DNA of 64,000 bases. Source: Thalassobaculaceae bacterium (lineage in GTDB: Bacteria > Pseudomonadota > Alphaproteobacteria > Thalassobaculales > Thalassobaculaceae). The first letter of the stretch is position 1. Every line of letters begins with the position of its first letter. The DNA lies in assembly GCA_965228875.1 (NCBI GenBank), contig OZ245843.1:1842616-1906615 (forward strand), written 5' to 3'. Both the position numbers and the translations under genes were made by a program. Below, piece by piece: positions 30,522 to 39,286 of this stretch. The notes below the pieces were generated by a model. That model saw nothing but the letters and a program-made list of their open reading frames with translations, was not told where the DNA came from and did no database searches.

Positions 30522-32189
30522 ATGCAAAGTGTCTTTGCGATGACGGATCGAACGGCGACTGATCCATCGATTGCGCGGGGGCTGGTGTCGCACCTCACCC
30601 GACGGCTCGCGGTCGTGGCCGCGATATGTCTGGCCGTGGTGCTGGTCGTCGAATTCACGCTCGCCGATCTGGCGCGCGACAACGCCAAGCACACCGCCCG
30701 CGAGGATCTGAATCGGCTGCGCGCTTCGCTGCAGCAGTCCCTCAGCCGCGACGTCCAGCTCCTGCGCGGCATGACCGGATTCGTCCGCGCCAACCCCAAC
30801 ATCACGCCAGAGGAATTCCGCCTGATCGCCCAGGACATTCTCGATGGCGCGGCGCCCTATGTCCGCAACCTCACCCTCGCCAAGGATCTGGTGATCTCGC
30901 ACATGTTCCCCGACGAGGGGAACCGTGGTGCCCTGGGCCTCGACTATCGCAACACACCGGCCCAGTGGCCCGCCGTCGAGCGCGTCATCAGCGAGCGCCG
31001 GATCATCGTCGCCGGACCGGTGAACCTGGTGCAGGGCGGCGTCGGCCTGATCGCCCGCTTTCCGATCTTCCTGCGCCCCGATCCGACGGGGGCACGGGAC
31101 CTTTGGGGCATTTCGTCGACGGTGTTCGATTTTCCGGGCCTGATCGAGCAGTCCGGCTACAAGGCGTTCGAGGTCGACTATCGCCTCGCCCTGGTCGGTC
31201 GCGATGGCGATCCCACCGACGGCGAAATCATCTGGGGCGACACCGACATCCGTGACTACGAACCGGTGGCGCTCGACGTGGTCATTCCGGCGGGGTCGTG
31301 GCGCGTTCTCGCCGCCCCCAGGGACGGCTGGCCGCATTTCACCAGTTACCTGCCGTATACCGTCGTCGCGGTGCTGATCCTGACATCGATCTACGGGTTC
31401 TGGAGCGCGGCACGCTATCGTCTGGCCGCCGAGCGGACCAATGCCAGCCAGGAGATCCTCGACGCCCTGCAGCGCGCGGAGGAGGCGAGCGCGGCCAAGT
31501 CCACGTTCCTGGCGGTGATGAGCCACGAATTGCGGACGCCGCTGAACGCCATCATCGGCTTCAGCGAACTGCTCGAGAACAGTCCGCGCGACAGCAAGAT
31601 CTGGGATCGGGCCCCCGAATACGTGAGCGACATCCGCCAGAGCGGCCGGTTCCTGCTGTCCATCATCGACGATATCCTCGACCTGTCCCGGATCGAGAGC
31701 GGCCGCCGCAATTCGATCATCGAGCATCTCGACGTCGTGCCGCTGATGATTGAGAGCGCCAACCGGATGCGGGTCGAGTTCGAAGCCAAGGACATCGCGC
31801 TGTCGGTATCGGCGGAGGTCGATCAGATCGTCGTCCTCGCCGACCGGCGCGCCGTCATGCAGATCCTGACGAACCTGCTGAACAACGCGCTGAAATACGC
31901 GGGGACGGCGGCCACCGTCGACGTATCCGCCCGACGGATCGAGACGGGCGCGATCCAAATCACGGTTCGCGACGACGGTCCGGGCATCCCCGAAGAGAAG
32001 CTGGACGAGATTATGAAACCCTTCGTCCAGTTGTCCTCGTCCTATGCCAGGGCCGCCGGTGGAGTCGGCCTCGGACTGACCATCTGCCAGTCGCTTGCCC
32101 GCACCATGGGCGGCAGCCTCGTCGTCGAGAGCAGTCTCGGACAAGGAACCGCGGTGCACCTGACCCTGCCAGCGAGTCCGGCAGCCTGA
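30522..32189 (+). CDS. CHASE-domain sensor histidine kinase
   Basis: TM, ALGLDY...AGPVNLVQGG (CHASE), TM, SHELRTPLN, NLLNNALKY, DDGPG, GVGLGL; start 30522 or 30540. Confidence 0.9.
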   Translation: MQSVFAMTDRTATDPSIARGLVSHLTRRLAVVAAICLAVVLVVEFTLADLARDNAKHTAREDLNRLRASLQQSLSRDVQLLRGMTGFVRANPNITPEEFRLIAQDILDGAAPYVRNLTLAKDLVISHMFPDEGNRGALGLDYRNTPAQWPAVERVISERRIIVAGPVNLVQGGVGLIARFPIFLRPDPTGARDLWGISSTVFDFPGLIEQSGYKAFEVDYRLALVGRDGDPTDGEIIWGDTDIRDYEPVALDVVIPAGSWRVLAAPRDGWPHFTSYLPYTVVAVLILTSIYGFWSAARYRLAAERTNASQEILDALQRAEEASAAKSTFLAVMSHELRTPLNAIIGFSELLENSPRDSKIWDRAPEYVSDIRQSGRFLLSIIDDILDLSRIESGRRNSIIEHLDVVPLMIESANRMRVEFEAKDIALSVSAEVDQIVVLADRRAVMQILTNLLNNALKYAGTAATVDVSARRIETGAIQITVRDDGPGIPEEKLDEIMKPFVQLSSSYARAAGGVGLGLTICQSLARTMGGSLVVESSLGQGTAVHLTLPASPAA

Positions 32190-32198
32190 GGCCCCGCG

Positions 32199-33485
32199 TC
32201 AAGCGTCGAGCGACAGTTCCTCGCCGGTCTCAAGCGCCAGCAGTTCCTCGATCGTCTGCCGCCGCCGGGCCAGCCGCAGCGCCCCGCCATCGACGACGAC
32301 CTCCGGGATCAGCGGACGGGAGTTGTAGTTCGACGACATCGCCGACCCGTAGGCTCCGGCGTCGGAGATGACGCAGAAGTCGCCGACGCGCGGCAGCGGA
32401 AGCGCGCGAAACTCGACCACGCCCCCCTCGCCCTGGGTGAAGACGTCGCCCGACTCGCAGAGCGGCCCCGCAACCGCGACCGGCCGTCCCTCCCCCGTGA
32501 CGGGCGCGCCGTCGGCGTCGACGAACCCGATCCGGTGAAAGCTGCCGTACATCGCGGGTCGGGCCAAGTCGTTGAACCCGGCATCGACCACGACGAAATA
32601 GCGCTCCGCCACGCGCTTTACCGCCCGGACCTCGGCGACCAGGCAGCCGGCGGCCGCGACCAGGAAACGGCCCGGCTCGATCTCCATCTCCACAGGCGTG
32701 GTCTGATGCTGCTGGATGGCGTTGCGCGCGGCGTCCCAGTTCGCGATGTAGTGCTGGGTGTCGACCTCCGCCGCGCCATCGCTGTACGGAACCGACAGGC
32801 CGCCGCCCGCCGACACCGCGCGGATCGGCAGGCCCAGCGCGCGATAGGCCTCGATCATGGCGTCGCCCACCCGCTCGAGATGACTGTAGTCGACGCCCGA
32901 TCCGATATGCATGTGCAGGCCGACCAGGTCGAGGCCAGCCGCCTTGATCCGCGGGCCGAGCGCGGCCAGTTCCTCGTGCCAGATCCCGTGCTTGGAGAAC
33001 GGACCGCCGGTGTTCGTCTTGTTGCTGTGGCCGTGACCGAACCCGGGGTTGATCCGCAGCCAGATCCGGTGGCCCGGGCTGACCGCCGCGATCTGATCGA
33101 TCATGTCCGGCGAGCCGCAGTTGACCGGGGTCCCGAGTTCGACGACCCGTCGCAGGGTCGGACGGTCGAAAATGTCGGCCGTGAACACGATCTCGTCGCC
33201 ACCGGCGGTGTAGCCGGCCGCCAGTGCGCGCTCGATCTCGCCGAGCGAGACGGCGTCCACCTTCACGCCGTTGCGGCGCATGACCCGCAGCAGGTCAAGG
33301 TTGCTGTTCGCCTTCTGGGCATAGCGGATGGTGTCGAAACCCCGCAGGCGCTCGATCTGACCTTCGATCCTTGCGGCGTCGTAAAGCCAGAACGGCGTGC
33401 CGACACGGGCCGCGAGGACGGCGATCAGCGCTCCCTGCGACGGCTCCTGCCGCTGCCGGTTCTCGAGTTCGCTCTCCATCGCCAT
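32199..33485 (-). CDS. lysA: Diaminopimelate decarboxylase
   Basis: YAQKANSN, HMHIGSG, EPGRFLV, GPLCESGD, GAYGSAMSSNYNSRP; start approximate. Confidence 0.93.
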   Translation of the reverse strand: MAMESELENRQRQEPSQGALIAVLAARVGTPFWLYDAARIEGQIERLRGFDTIRYAQKANSNLDLLRVMRRNGVKVDAVSLGEIERALAAGYTAGGDEIVFTADIFDRPTLRRVVELGTPVNCGSPDMIDQIAAVSPGHRIWLRINPGFGHGHSNKTNTGGPFSKHGIWHEELAALGPRIKAAGLDLVGLHMHIGSGVDYSHLERVGDAMIEAYRALGLPIRAVSAGGGLSVPYSDGAAEVDTQHYIANWDAARNAIQQHQTTPVEMEIEPGRFLVAAAGCLVAEVRAVKRVAERYFVVVDAGFNDLARPAMYGSFHRIGFVDADGAPVTGEGRPVAVAGPLCESGDVFTQGEGGVVEFRALPLPRVGDFCVISDAGAYGSAMSSNYNSRPLIPEVVVDGGALRLARRRQTIEELLALETGEELSLDA

Positions 33486-33559
33486 GCCATCCCCCGGAAA
33501 CGCCGCCACCGCCCAGGAAGCGGCGGTGGCGTGTCACATGCCGGGAAACCAACGCGATT

Positions 33560-34882
33560 TCAAGCCCGCCGGGTCTTGCCTCCGTTGCGTGCGACTTCGG
33601 TGTCTGGCCGAGCCGGTGACATTCCCTCACCCGAGACCTGGCGCAAAGTGGTCGATCCGCGCCCCCGCCACCGCCGCTCGAAATCGGCGATGTAGTCGCG
33701 GGTCTGCGGCACCGCATAGAGGTCCTTGGCCAGCTGGATCTGGAACACCATCAGGCAGCCGCGCCGGAACGCCACCTCACAGCCGACCAGGTAGAACTCC
33801 CACATCCGGAAGAACCGCTCGTCGTACATCTGAACGATCCTCTGCCGCTCCGCCTCGCAGTTCCGACGCCAGAGACGGAGCGTGTCGGCATAGTGCTGAC
33901 GCAGGATCTCCACGTCGGTGGTGTACATCGGCGTGCGCTCGATCGACGTGAACTGCTGGCGCAAGGACGGCGTGTAAGCCCCTGGAAATATGTACTTCTC
34001 CATCCACTGGTTCTGCGGCTCGGGGTTGTTGAACACCCCGATCGCATGAACCACCGCGACGCCATTGTCGCTCAACAGCCGGTTAACCTGTCCGTAGAAT
34101 TCGTCGTAGTGCCTCGGCCCGACATGCTCGAGCATCCCGACCGAGACGATCCGGTCGTAGCGGTCCTCGACCCGGCGATAGTCCTTGAGGTGGAAGCGCA
34201 CCCGGTCCGCCAGGCCGGCCTCCTCGGCGCGGCGGTTGGAGACCGCATGCTGCTCGCGGGACAGGGTCACGCCGTCGACCTGCAGATCGTCCACGATGGT
34301 CGCCAGAAACAGGCCGAGACCGCCCCACCCGGACCCGATGTCGAGCAGGCGCTGGCCCGGTTTCAGGTTCAGCTTGGCGGCGAGGTGCAGTTTCTTGTTC
34401 CACTGCGCCGTTTCCAGGTCGTCGTCGGGATCGAGGAAATAGCCGCAGCTGTACTGGCGATCGTGATCGAGGAAGAGGTCGAAAAGCGCGTCGCTCAGAT
34501 CGTAGTGGTGGGCGACCTTGCGCTGGGCCAGGTGGACCGGGTTCCAGTGCCGGAACGCCGCCCTCACCCCGCGCAATGCCGTCAGGAACCGCCGCAGCGC
34601 CCCGGATCGGGCGCCGGAAATGTTGGCCATGCAGAGGTCGAGGAGATCGTAGAGGGACGTACCGTCCTCGAGACTCAGGCTGCCGTCCATATAACCTTCG
34701 CCGATCGCCAACTCCGGGTTGAACATGATCCGCCGGTCGAGGGATGGGCTGCCGATCCGGATCGTCGCCCGGGGCCCGTCGGCGCCTCGACAATCATAAC
34801 GATTTCCGTCAGGGCCGATCAGTGTCAGGTGTCCGACGGAAATCAGTTGGCGAAACGCGTGCACGCAAAGCATCGTTGTCAC
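33560..34882 (-). CDS. cfa: Cyclopropane-fatty-acyl-phospholipid synthase family methyltransferase
   Basis: HHYDLS, YSCGYF, LDIGSGWG, VSVGMLEHVG, YIFPG, RMWEFYL. Confidence 0.9.
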   Translation of the reverse strand: MTTMLCVHAFRQLISVGHLTLIGPDGNRYDCRGADGPRATIRIGSPSLDRRIMFNPELAIGEGYMDGSLSLEDGTSLYDLLDLCMANISGARSGALRRFLTALRGVRAAFRHWNPVHLAQRKVAHHYDLSDALFDLFLDHDRQYSCGYFLDPDDDLETAQWNKKLHLAAKLNLKPGQRLLDIGSGWGGLGLFLATIVDDLQVDGVTLSREQHAVSNRRAEEAGLADRVRFHLKDYRRVEDRYDRIVSVGMLEHVGPRHYDEFYGQVNRLLSDNGVAVVHAIGVFNNPEPQNQWMEKYIFPGAYTPSLRQQFTSIERTPMYTTDVEILRQHYADTLRLWRRNCEAERQRIVQMYDERFFRMWEFYLVGCEVAFRRGCLMVFQIQLAKDLYAVPQTRDYIADFERRWRGRGSTTLRQVSGEGMSPARPDTEVARNGGKTRRA

Positions 34883-34970
34883 CCCCTGGTCTCTTGGGGT
34901 CCGATCGCGGGTGTGCGATCACCCTTAACCAATTTAAGGATATAATATCCTGGACAGTGGAGGGAAGCGC

Positions 34971-35960
34971 ATGAACACGCGTCGTTTCGGCCGAACCGGC
35001 CTGCAGATCTCGGAGCTCGTCTTCGGAGGCGGTTGGGTCGGGGGCATCCTGATTCACCAGGATGACGATATAAAACGGACGGCGATCCGCCGGGCACTGG
35101 ACGGCGGCATAAACTGGATCGACACCGCCGGCGACTACGGTCAGGGACAATCGGAGGTCGCGCTGGGCTGGCTACTGGCGGAGCTCGAGCCCGCCGAGCG
35201 ACCGCATGTGTCGACCAAGGTCCGTCTCGACCTCGAGAGCGGCGAAAGTCACGAGAGCCAGATCCGCCGCGGCATCGAGACCAGCCTCGAACGGCTGCGG
35301 ATGAACAAGGTCACCCTGTTCCAGCTGCACAACCCCGTCGAGCCGGAGCGCACCGGCCAGCACGTCGGCGTGCAGGACGTCATCGCCGACGGGGGCATTG
35401 CCGACATTCTGGACGGGCTGCGCCGCGAGGGACTCACCGACCACGTCGGCTTCACCGCCCTTGGCGACGCCGCGTCCTGTATCGAGGTCGTCGAGAGCGG
35501 CAAGGTCGACAGCGCGCAGGTCTACTACAACATGCTCAACCCGACGGCCGGCCTGAGCGAGCCCGTCGACGGGCTGGCCGCTCAGGACTTCACCGGCCTG
35601 ATGGCGGCCTGCCGGCAGAACGACGTCGCCATCATGAATATAAGGGTATTTGCCGCCGGGGTGCTGGCGACCGATGTCCGCCATGGTCGCGAGGTGGCGA
35701 TCACGCCGGAGTCGGCGGATCTGGACAGCGAGGCCAGGCGGGCCCGCGCGGCGATGGAGGTTGCGGGCAGCCCCGGCGAGGCCAGGGCCGAGACCGCCAT
35801 CCGCTTCTCACTCGCCAACCGGGAGCTGTCCTGCGTGGTGATCGGGCTGGCGGAGCTGGAACACCTGGACCTCGCGTTGAGGGCGGCGGAAAACGGTCCG
35901 CTCTCGGCGGCGACGCTCGCAGACCTGCGCGAGCTCTGGGCCCGTAACTTCGACCTTTAG
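34971..35960 (+). CDS. Aldo/keto reductase
   Basis: RFGRTGLQIS, GINWIDTAGDYG, STK, SLERL, QLH. Confidence 0.9.
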   Translation: MNTRRFGRTGLQISELVFGGGWVGGILIHQDDDIKRTAIRRALDGGINWIDTAGDYGQGQSEVALGWLLAELEPAERPHVSTKVRLDLESGESHESQIRRGIETSLERLRMNKVTLFQLHNPVEPERTGQHVGVQDVIADGGIADILDGLRREGLTDHVGFTALGDAASCIEVVESGKVDSAQVYYNMLNPTAGLSEPVDGLAAQDFTGLMAACRQNDVAIMNIRVFAAGVLATDVRHGREVAITPESADLDSEARRARAAMEVAGSPGEARAETAIRFSLANRELSCVVIGLAELEHLDLALRAAENGPLSAATLADLRELWARNFDL

Positions 35961-36072
35961 AGTGAATCACGATCAGATGTTTCCATCTGATCGTGTGAAT
36001 TTGCTCGTTCTTTAATGGCTTAGAGGGCGATTCACGCTTCGGATCGTTTCGATCTGAAGCGATCGCGCTCTA
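35958..36072 (+). repeat. ~115-bp double-hairpin intergenic repeat, copy 2
   Basis: TAGAGTGAATCACGATCAGATG...GATCGCGCTCTA; its first TAG is the stop codon of the aldo/keto reductase. Confidence 0.92.
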
Positions 36073-36086
36073 GCGCCAGCCGCCTC

Positions 36087-37433
36087 TCAGCGCACCGGCG
36101 ATCTCGGGTCGGTCTCGGAGGGCCCCGAGGCCGGCGCGGCGGGCTGGCGCGTGTCGCCTCCCGATGCGGCTGGTCCTGACGCCGTGGTTCCTAACGCCGT
36201 GGGTCCTGGCGCCGGCGTCGCCGCGTCCGCTGGCGGGAACAGGGTCGGGATGTCGGCCGCCGCCTCGGCTTTGCGCTCGGCATCCTCGCCGCCCAGCATC
36301 CTCCGGGCCCCCACGACGATGCGGTTGTAGGCCTTCTCCGAGAGCAGCCCGGAGGCGATGGCGAGGAACGACAGGACGTAGGGGTTGAGATCGTCGATCT
36401 TGTTGTCGGCGGTGCTGCCGCCGGTGAGCGTGAGCTGGCCGGCCCGGAAGAAGATGTAGATGATGATCGCCGCCGCCATCCCCTCCAGCGGACGGGCGAC
36501 GAACCAGGTCACCGTGATCGCCCCGTCGCGCCGTTCCCCGTCTCGGAACAGTTCGCGGCTCATGTGGATCGTGCTGCCGAGAAGGCCCATGGAGACGGTG
36601 AGCGCGAAGGTGAGAAACTCGCTCGGCAGCTGCACCAGGTAGATCAGCACCGAGACGTTGGTGTTCAGCACCTGGCTGACATTCGCCTGAACGTTCGCCT
36701 TGATCTCGTATTCCTTGAAGACCTCGTCGCGGATCGAGTCGCTCTGCTTGCGAAGGCGGTCGAGTTCCTGGGTCTCCAGCCTGAACAGGACCGACAGGTC
36801 GTTGTAGCGATGGGCCGCGCGCTTGATCTCCGTGGCTGCCGCCAGCGCGTTCGCCGACGCCGGGACGAGACGATCTCGGATGTTCTGGAGCGCGTCGCGG
36901 TCGTCGTCGTCTTCGGATGTCCGAATCAACTCGTCGATGACGATCTCGATATGAACCGCGTAACTGCGCCAGTCCCATTCCGCCGGATCACGATCGTTGG
37001 ACGGCCCCACCGACCGACCGACCTTGACGTCCAGTTCGGCCGCCGCTTCGACCACGTCGCCGAACAGGTCGCTCAGTCGGTTCTCCGCCTGCTGCCGCGT
37101 CGCCTCGAGCGCGCGAAGCGTCTGCTTCATGTCGAGGACCGTCCGACGGGTGACGTCGAGCTGATCCACAACATAGGCTTCGCGTTCCGGAATGATGCGA
37201 AGGACCTTGAGCACGTCGCCGGCCTGGTCGGCGCTGTCCTGGATCGTGGTCGACTGGAAGACGGTCGCGCTCAGGATGATGAAGGCGGATCCGAGGCTGA
37301 TGACGTAGAGCAGAACCAGCCAGGAGAGACCGGTGATGCCGATACCCGCCTCGCGGGCGAACTCCACCGTCGCCTTCAGCCCGTCGCCACCGCGCTCGCG
37401 CCCATCGCCGTCTTTCGCACCATCGTTGGACAT
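36087..37433 (-). CDS. Hypothetical membrane protein: N-terminal TM, long coiled-coil, C-terminal 3-TM module
   Basis: MGLLGS...ARPLEG...IFFRAG...NPYVLSFLAIASGLLSE; Pro/Ala-rich tail. Confidence 0.78.
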   Translation of the reverse strand: MSNDGAKDGDGRERGGDGLKATVEFAREAGIGITGLSWLVLLYVISLGSAFIILSATVFQSTTIQDSADQAGDVLKVLRIIPEREAYVVDQLDVTRRTVLDMKQTLRALEATRQQAENRLSDLFGDVVEAAAELDVKVGRSVGPSNDRDPAEWDWRSYAVHIEIVIDELIRTSEDDDDRDALQNIRDRLVPASANALAAATEIKRAAHRYNDLSVLFRLETQELDRLRKQSDSIRDEVFKEYEIKANVQANVSQVLNTNVSVLIYLVQLPSEFLTFALTVSMGLLGSTIHMSRELFRDGERRDGAITVTWFVARPLEGMAAAIIIYIFFRAGQLTLTGGSTADNKIDDLNPYVLSFLAIASGLLSEKAYNRIVVGARRMLGGEDAERKAEAAADIPTLFPPADAATPAPGPTALGTTASGPAASGGDTRQPAAPASGPSETDPRSPVR

Positions 37434-37512
37434 CGCACCCCTGCCCGACAAAGCAGGACCGCATAGTCGATCGCGAATCCCTCGAAGACAAGGATCGCGC
37501 GCACCGATCGGG

Positions 37513-37528
37513 TGTGAGCTAGGTCACA
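37513..37528. promoter_or_regulatory. CRP/FNR-family box TGTGA-N6-TCACA
   Basis: gTGTGAgctaggTCACAc, about 80 bp upstream of the 37433 start. Confidence 0.45.
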
Positions 37529-37555
37529 CTCCGGCCTCCGGCATGGGGTCTCCGG

Positions 37556-37657
37556 TCAGTCTCCTTGCGACTTGAGGGTGAACTCGCCCTCGCGAATCCG
37601 ATGCGGCCACTCCGATACCATCTCGGCGACGGTCTCTTCGCCATAGATGTCGATCAT
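37556..37657 (-). pseudogene. Displaced original 3' end of the target gene (MIDIYGEETVAEMVSEWPHRIREGEFTLKSQGD*)
   Basis: Manual translation, 33 codons plus TGA; 23 of 32 aligned residues identical to the C-terminus of 39287..39538. Confidence 0.92.
37644..37657 (+). repeat. att core, left copy TAGATGTCGATCAT
   Basis: Identical to 39372-39385; sequences diverge completely to the right of it. Confidence 0.9.
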
Positions 37658-37784
37658 CTACGCCCGGCCCGCCAGCGCCGTCCATTCGGGAATCATGAAC
37701 CGGCTTGTCGGGCCATCTGCCCATGGTAAACCAAGCCAGCCGTTACGCTTTACGTCACACTGCAGCATTTGGCAGGAGGCTTGT

Positions 37785-38090
37785 ATGTCCGCCGGACCCC
37801 CGCGAACCACCGAGCACCAGAAGCGTCTCCGGAAGCAATTCGGAATGTGGATCAAACGCCTCCGGGAGGCGTCGGAGTTAACGCAGAAGGATGTGTCGGA
37901 AGCCCTCGGGCATGGATACTTAACGACTCTTTCGCAGTACGAAAGAGGAATTCGACCGGTTCCTATGAACTACTGGCCTATTCTGGCAAATATCTACCAC
38001 ATGAAGCCGAAAGAGTTCGCCATGCGAGCCCTAAAACTTTCGGAACCTGATGTGTTCTACATGATTTGGGGTTCAGATCAGGAAGATTGA
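37785..38090 (+). CDS. XRE-family helix-turn-helix protein
   Basis: IKRLREASELTQKDVSEALG...LSQYERG; AGGAGG RBS at 37774; AT-richer codons. Confidence 0.9.
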   Translation: MSAGPPRTTEHQKRLRKQFGMWIKRLREASELTQKDVSEALGHGYLTTLSQYERGIRPVPMNYWPILANIYHMKPKEFAMRALKLSEPDVFYMIWGSDQED

Positions 38091-38092
38091 GC

Positions 38093-39256
38093 ATGACGGT
38101 GATGAAACGATCCGGATCGAAGTACTGGATGTACGAATTCAGGTTCGACGGGGAGCGGTATCGCGGGTCGACCAAACAGACCAACAAGAAGGCTGCCCAG
38201 GATGTCGAGCGGAAGGTGCTCGAAGACCTCAAGGCGCGAAAGCGTGGTGGGTTCGAGACGAGCATCATCCTGGGGGAGGCCGTCGATGCCTACGGTGAGC
38301 GGTACGCCCGGCGCACCCGGAGCGGGCGCCAGATCCAGGTCCAGGTGGCCGCCCGGGTGAAGCACCTGGGGGCCGACCGTGTGTTCGACGACCTGGACAC
38401 CGACGACGTGATCGGGATGTTCGACCGGATGGTCGAGAACGGCTACAGCAAGTACACCGCTGGGCTCTACACGGCCCGGCTCGGCGCGGTGATCAACTGG
38501 TTCGCCGAGAGCAAGCCGAAGGTCGCCCGTTCGACCAACATCGCGTTCCCCAAGGCCAAGCGTCCCCGCCGGGAGCGGGATCTGACGCTGGACGAGGAGC
38601 AGGCGATCCTGGACCAGCTGGACCCGGACCTGCCGATCCACGAGCACACCAAGCTCCGCTACCTGATCGACACCCAGGATGTCGCCGTCATGCTGGCCGA
38701 CACCGGGGCGCGGATCAGCGAGGCGGTCTCGGCGACCTGGGACATGGTCCTTTGGGACCGGGACATGCTGAGGCTCTACCGGATCAATACGGACAGCTGG
38801 TCGAACATCCCTCTGTCGCCGCGCATGGCTGACATGCTGCGCCGCCGGGAGGAACTGACCGAGGGCTCGCCCTATATCTTCCCGAACCAGTCGACGAACC
38901 CGCGATCGACCAGTCCCCACAAGTCGACCGAGATGCACGCCCTGGAGCGCGCCATCGACTGCGCCGGGGTGAACGCCCAGCACCTTGTGGACCGCTACGG
39001 GAAGGTCACGCTGCACACCTACCGGCACACCTTCATCACCCGACGGGCCGAGAAGGGGATCGCACCCTGGACCCTCCAGGAGGTCGCCGGTCATGCCCAC
39101 CTGTCGACAGCCCTGGGCTACGTCCAGAACCGCCGGATCGCCTCGGCGTCCGTCAAGGCGGCGCTGGCGGGGTCCCCACAGCTGGTTTCGGAGAGAGAAG
39201 CCTCCCCCTACTTGTCCCCTCGCTACAGCGGTCGCACTAAGCGCGCTCTGTCTTGA
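38093..39256 (+). CDS. Phage-type tyrosine recombinase / integrase
   Basis: N-terminal arm-binding-like YWMYEFRFDGERYRGST; DTGARISE (R), HTYRHT (HxxR), AGH and LGY (catalytic Y). Confidence 0.93.
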   Translation: MTVMKRSGSKYWMYEFRFDGERYRGSTKQTNKKAAQDVERKVLEDLKARKRGGFETSIILGEAVDAYGERYARRTRSGRQIQVQVAARVKHLGADRVFDDLDTDDVIGMFDRMVENGYSKYTAGLYTARLGAVINWFAESKPKVARSTNIAFPKAKRPRRERDLTLDEEQAILDQLDPDLPIHEHTKLRYLIDTQDVAVMLADTGARISEAVSATWDMVLWDRDMLRLYRINTDSWSNIPLSPRMADMLRRREELTEGSPYIFPNQSTNPRSTSPHKSTEMHALERAIDCAGVNAQHLVDRYGKVTLHTYRHTFITRRAEKGIAPWTLQEVAGHAHLSTALGYVQNRRIASASVKAALAGSPQLVSEREASPYLSPRYSGRTKRALS

Positions 39257-39286
39257 AGGGACGCTCTGGGGGCGCCTTGGTCGGAG

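Noticed and set aside
36010..36025. CtrA box in the centre of the 115-bp repeats
   Set aside because: TTAA is followed by TTAG at 4-bp spacing, not TTAA-N7-TTAA, and it is not conserved among copies.
37556..37657. Simple tandem gene duplication as the explanation for the second 3' end
   Set aside because: Homology stops exactly at the 14-bp core, there is no 5' half, silent sites are near-saturated, and an integrase lies between the copies.
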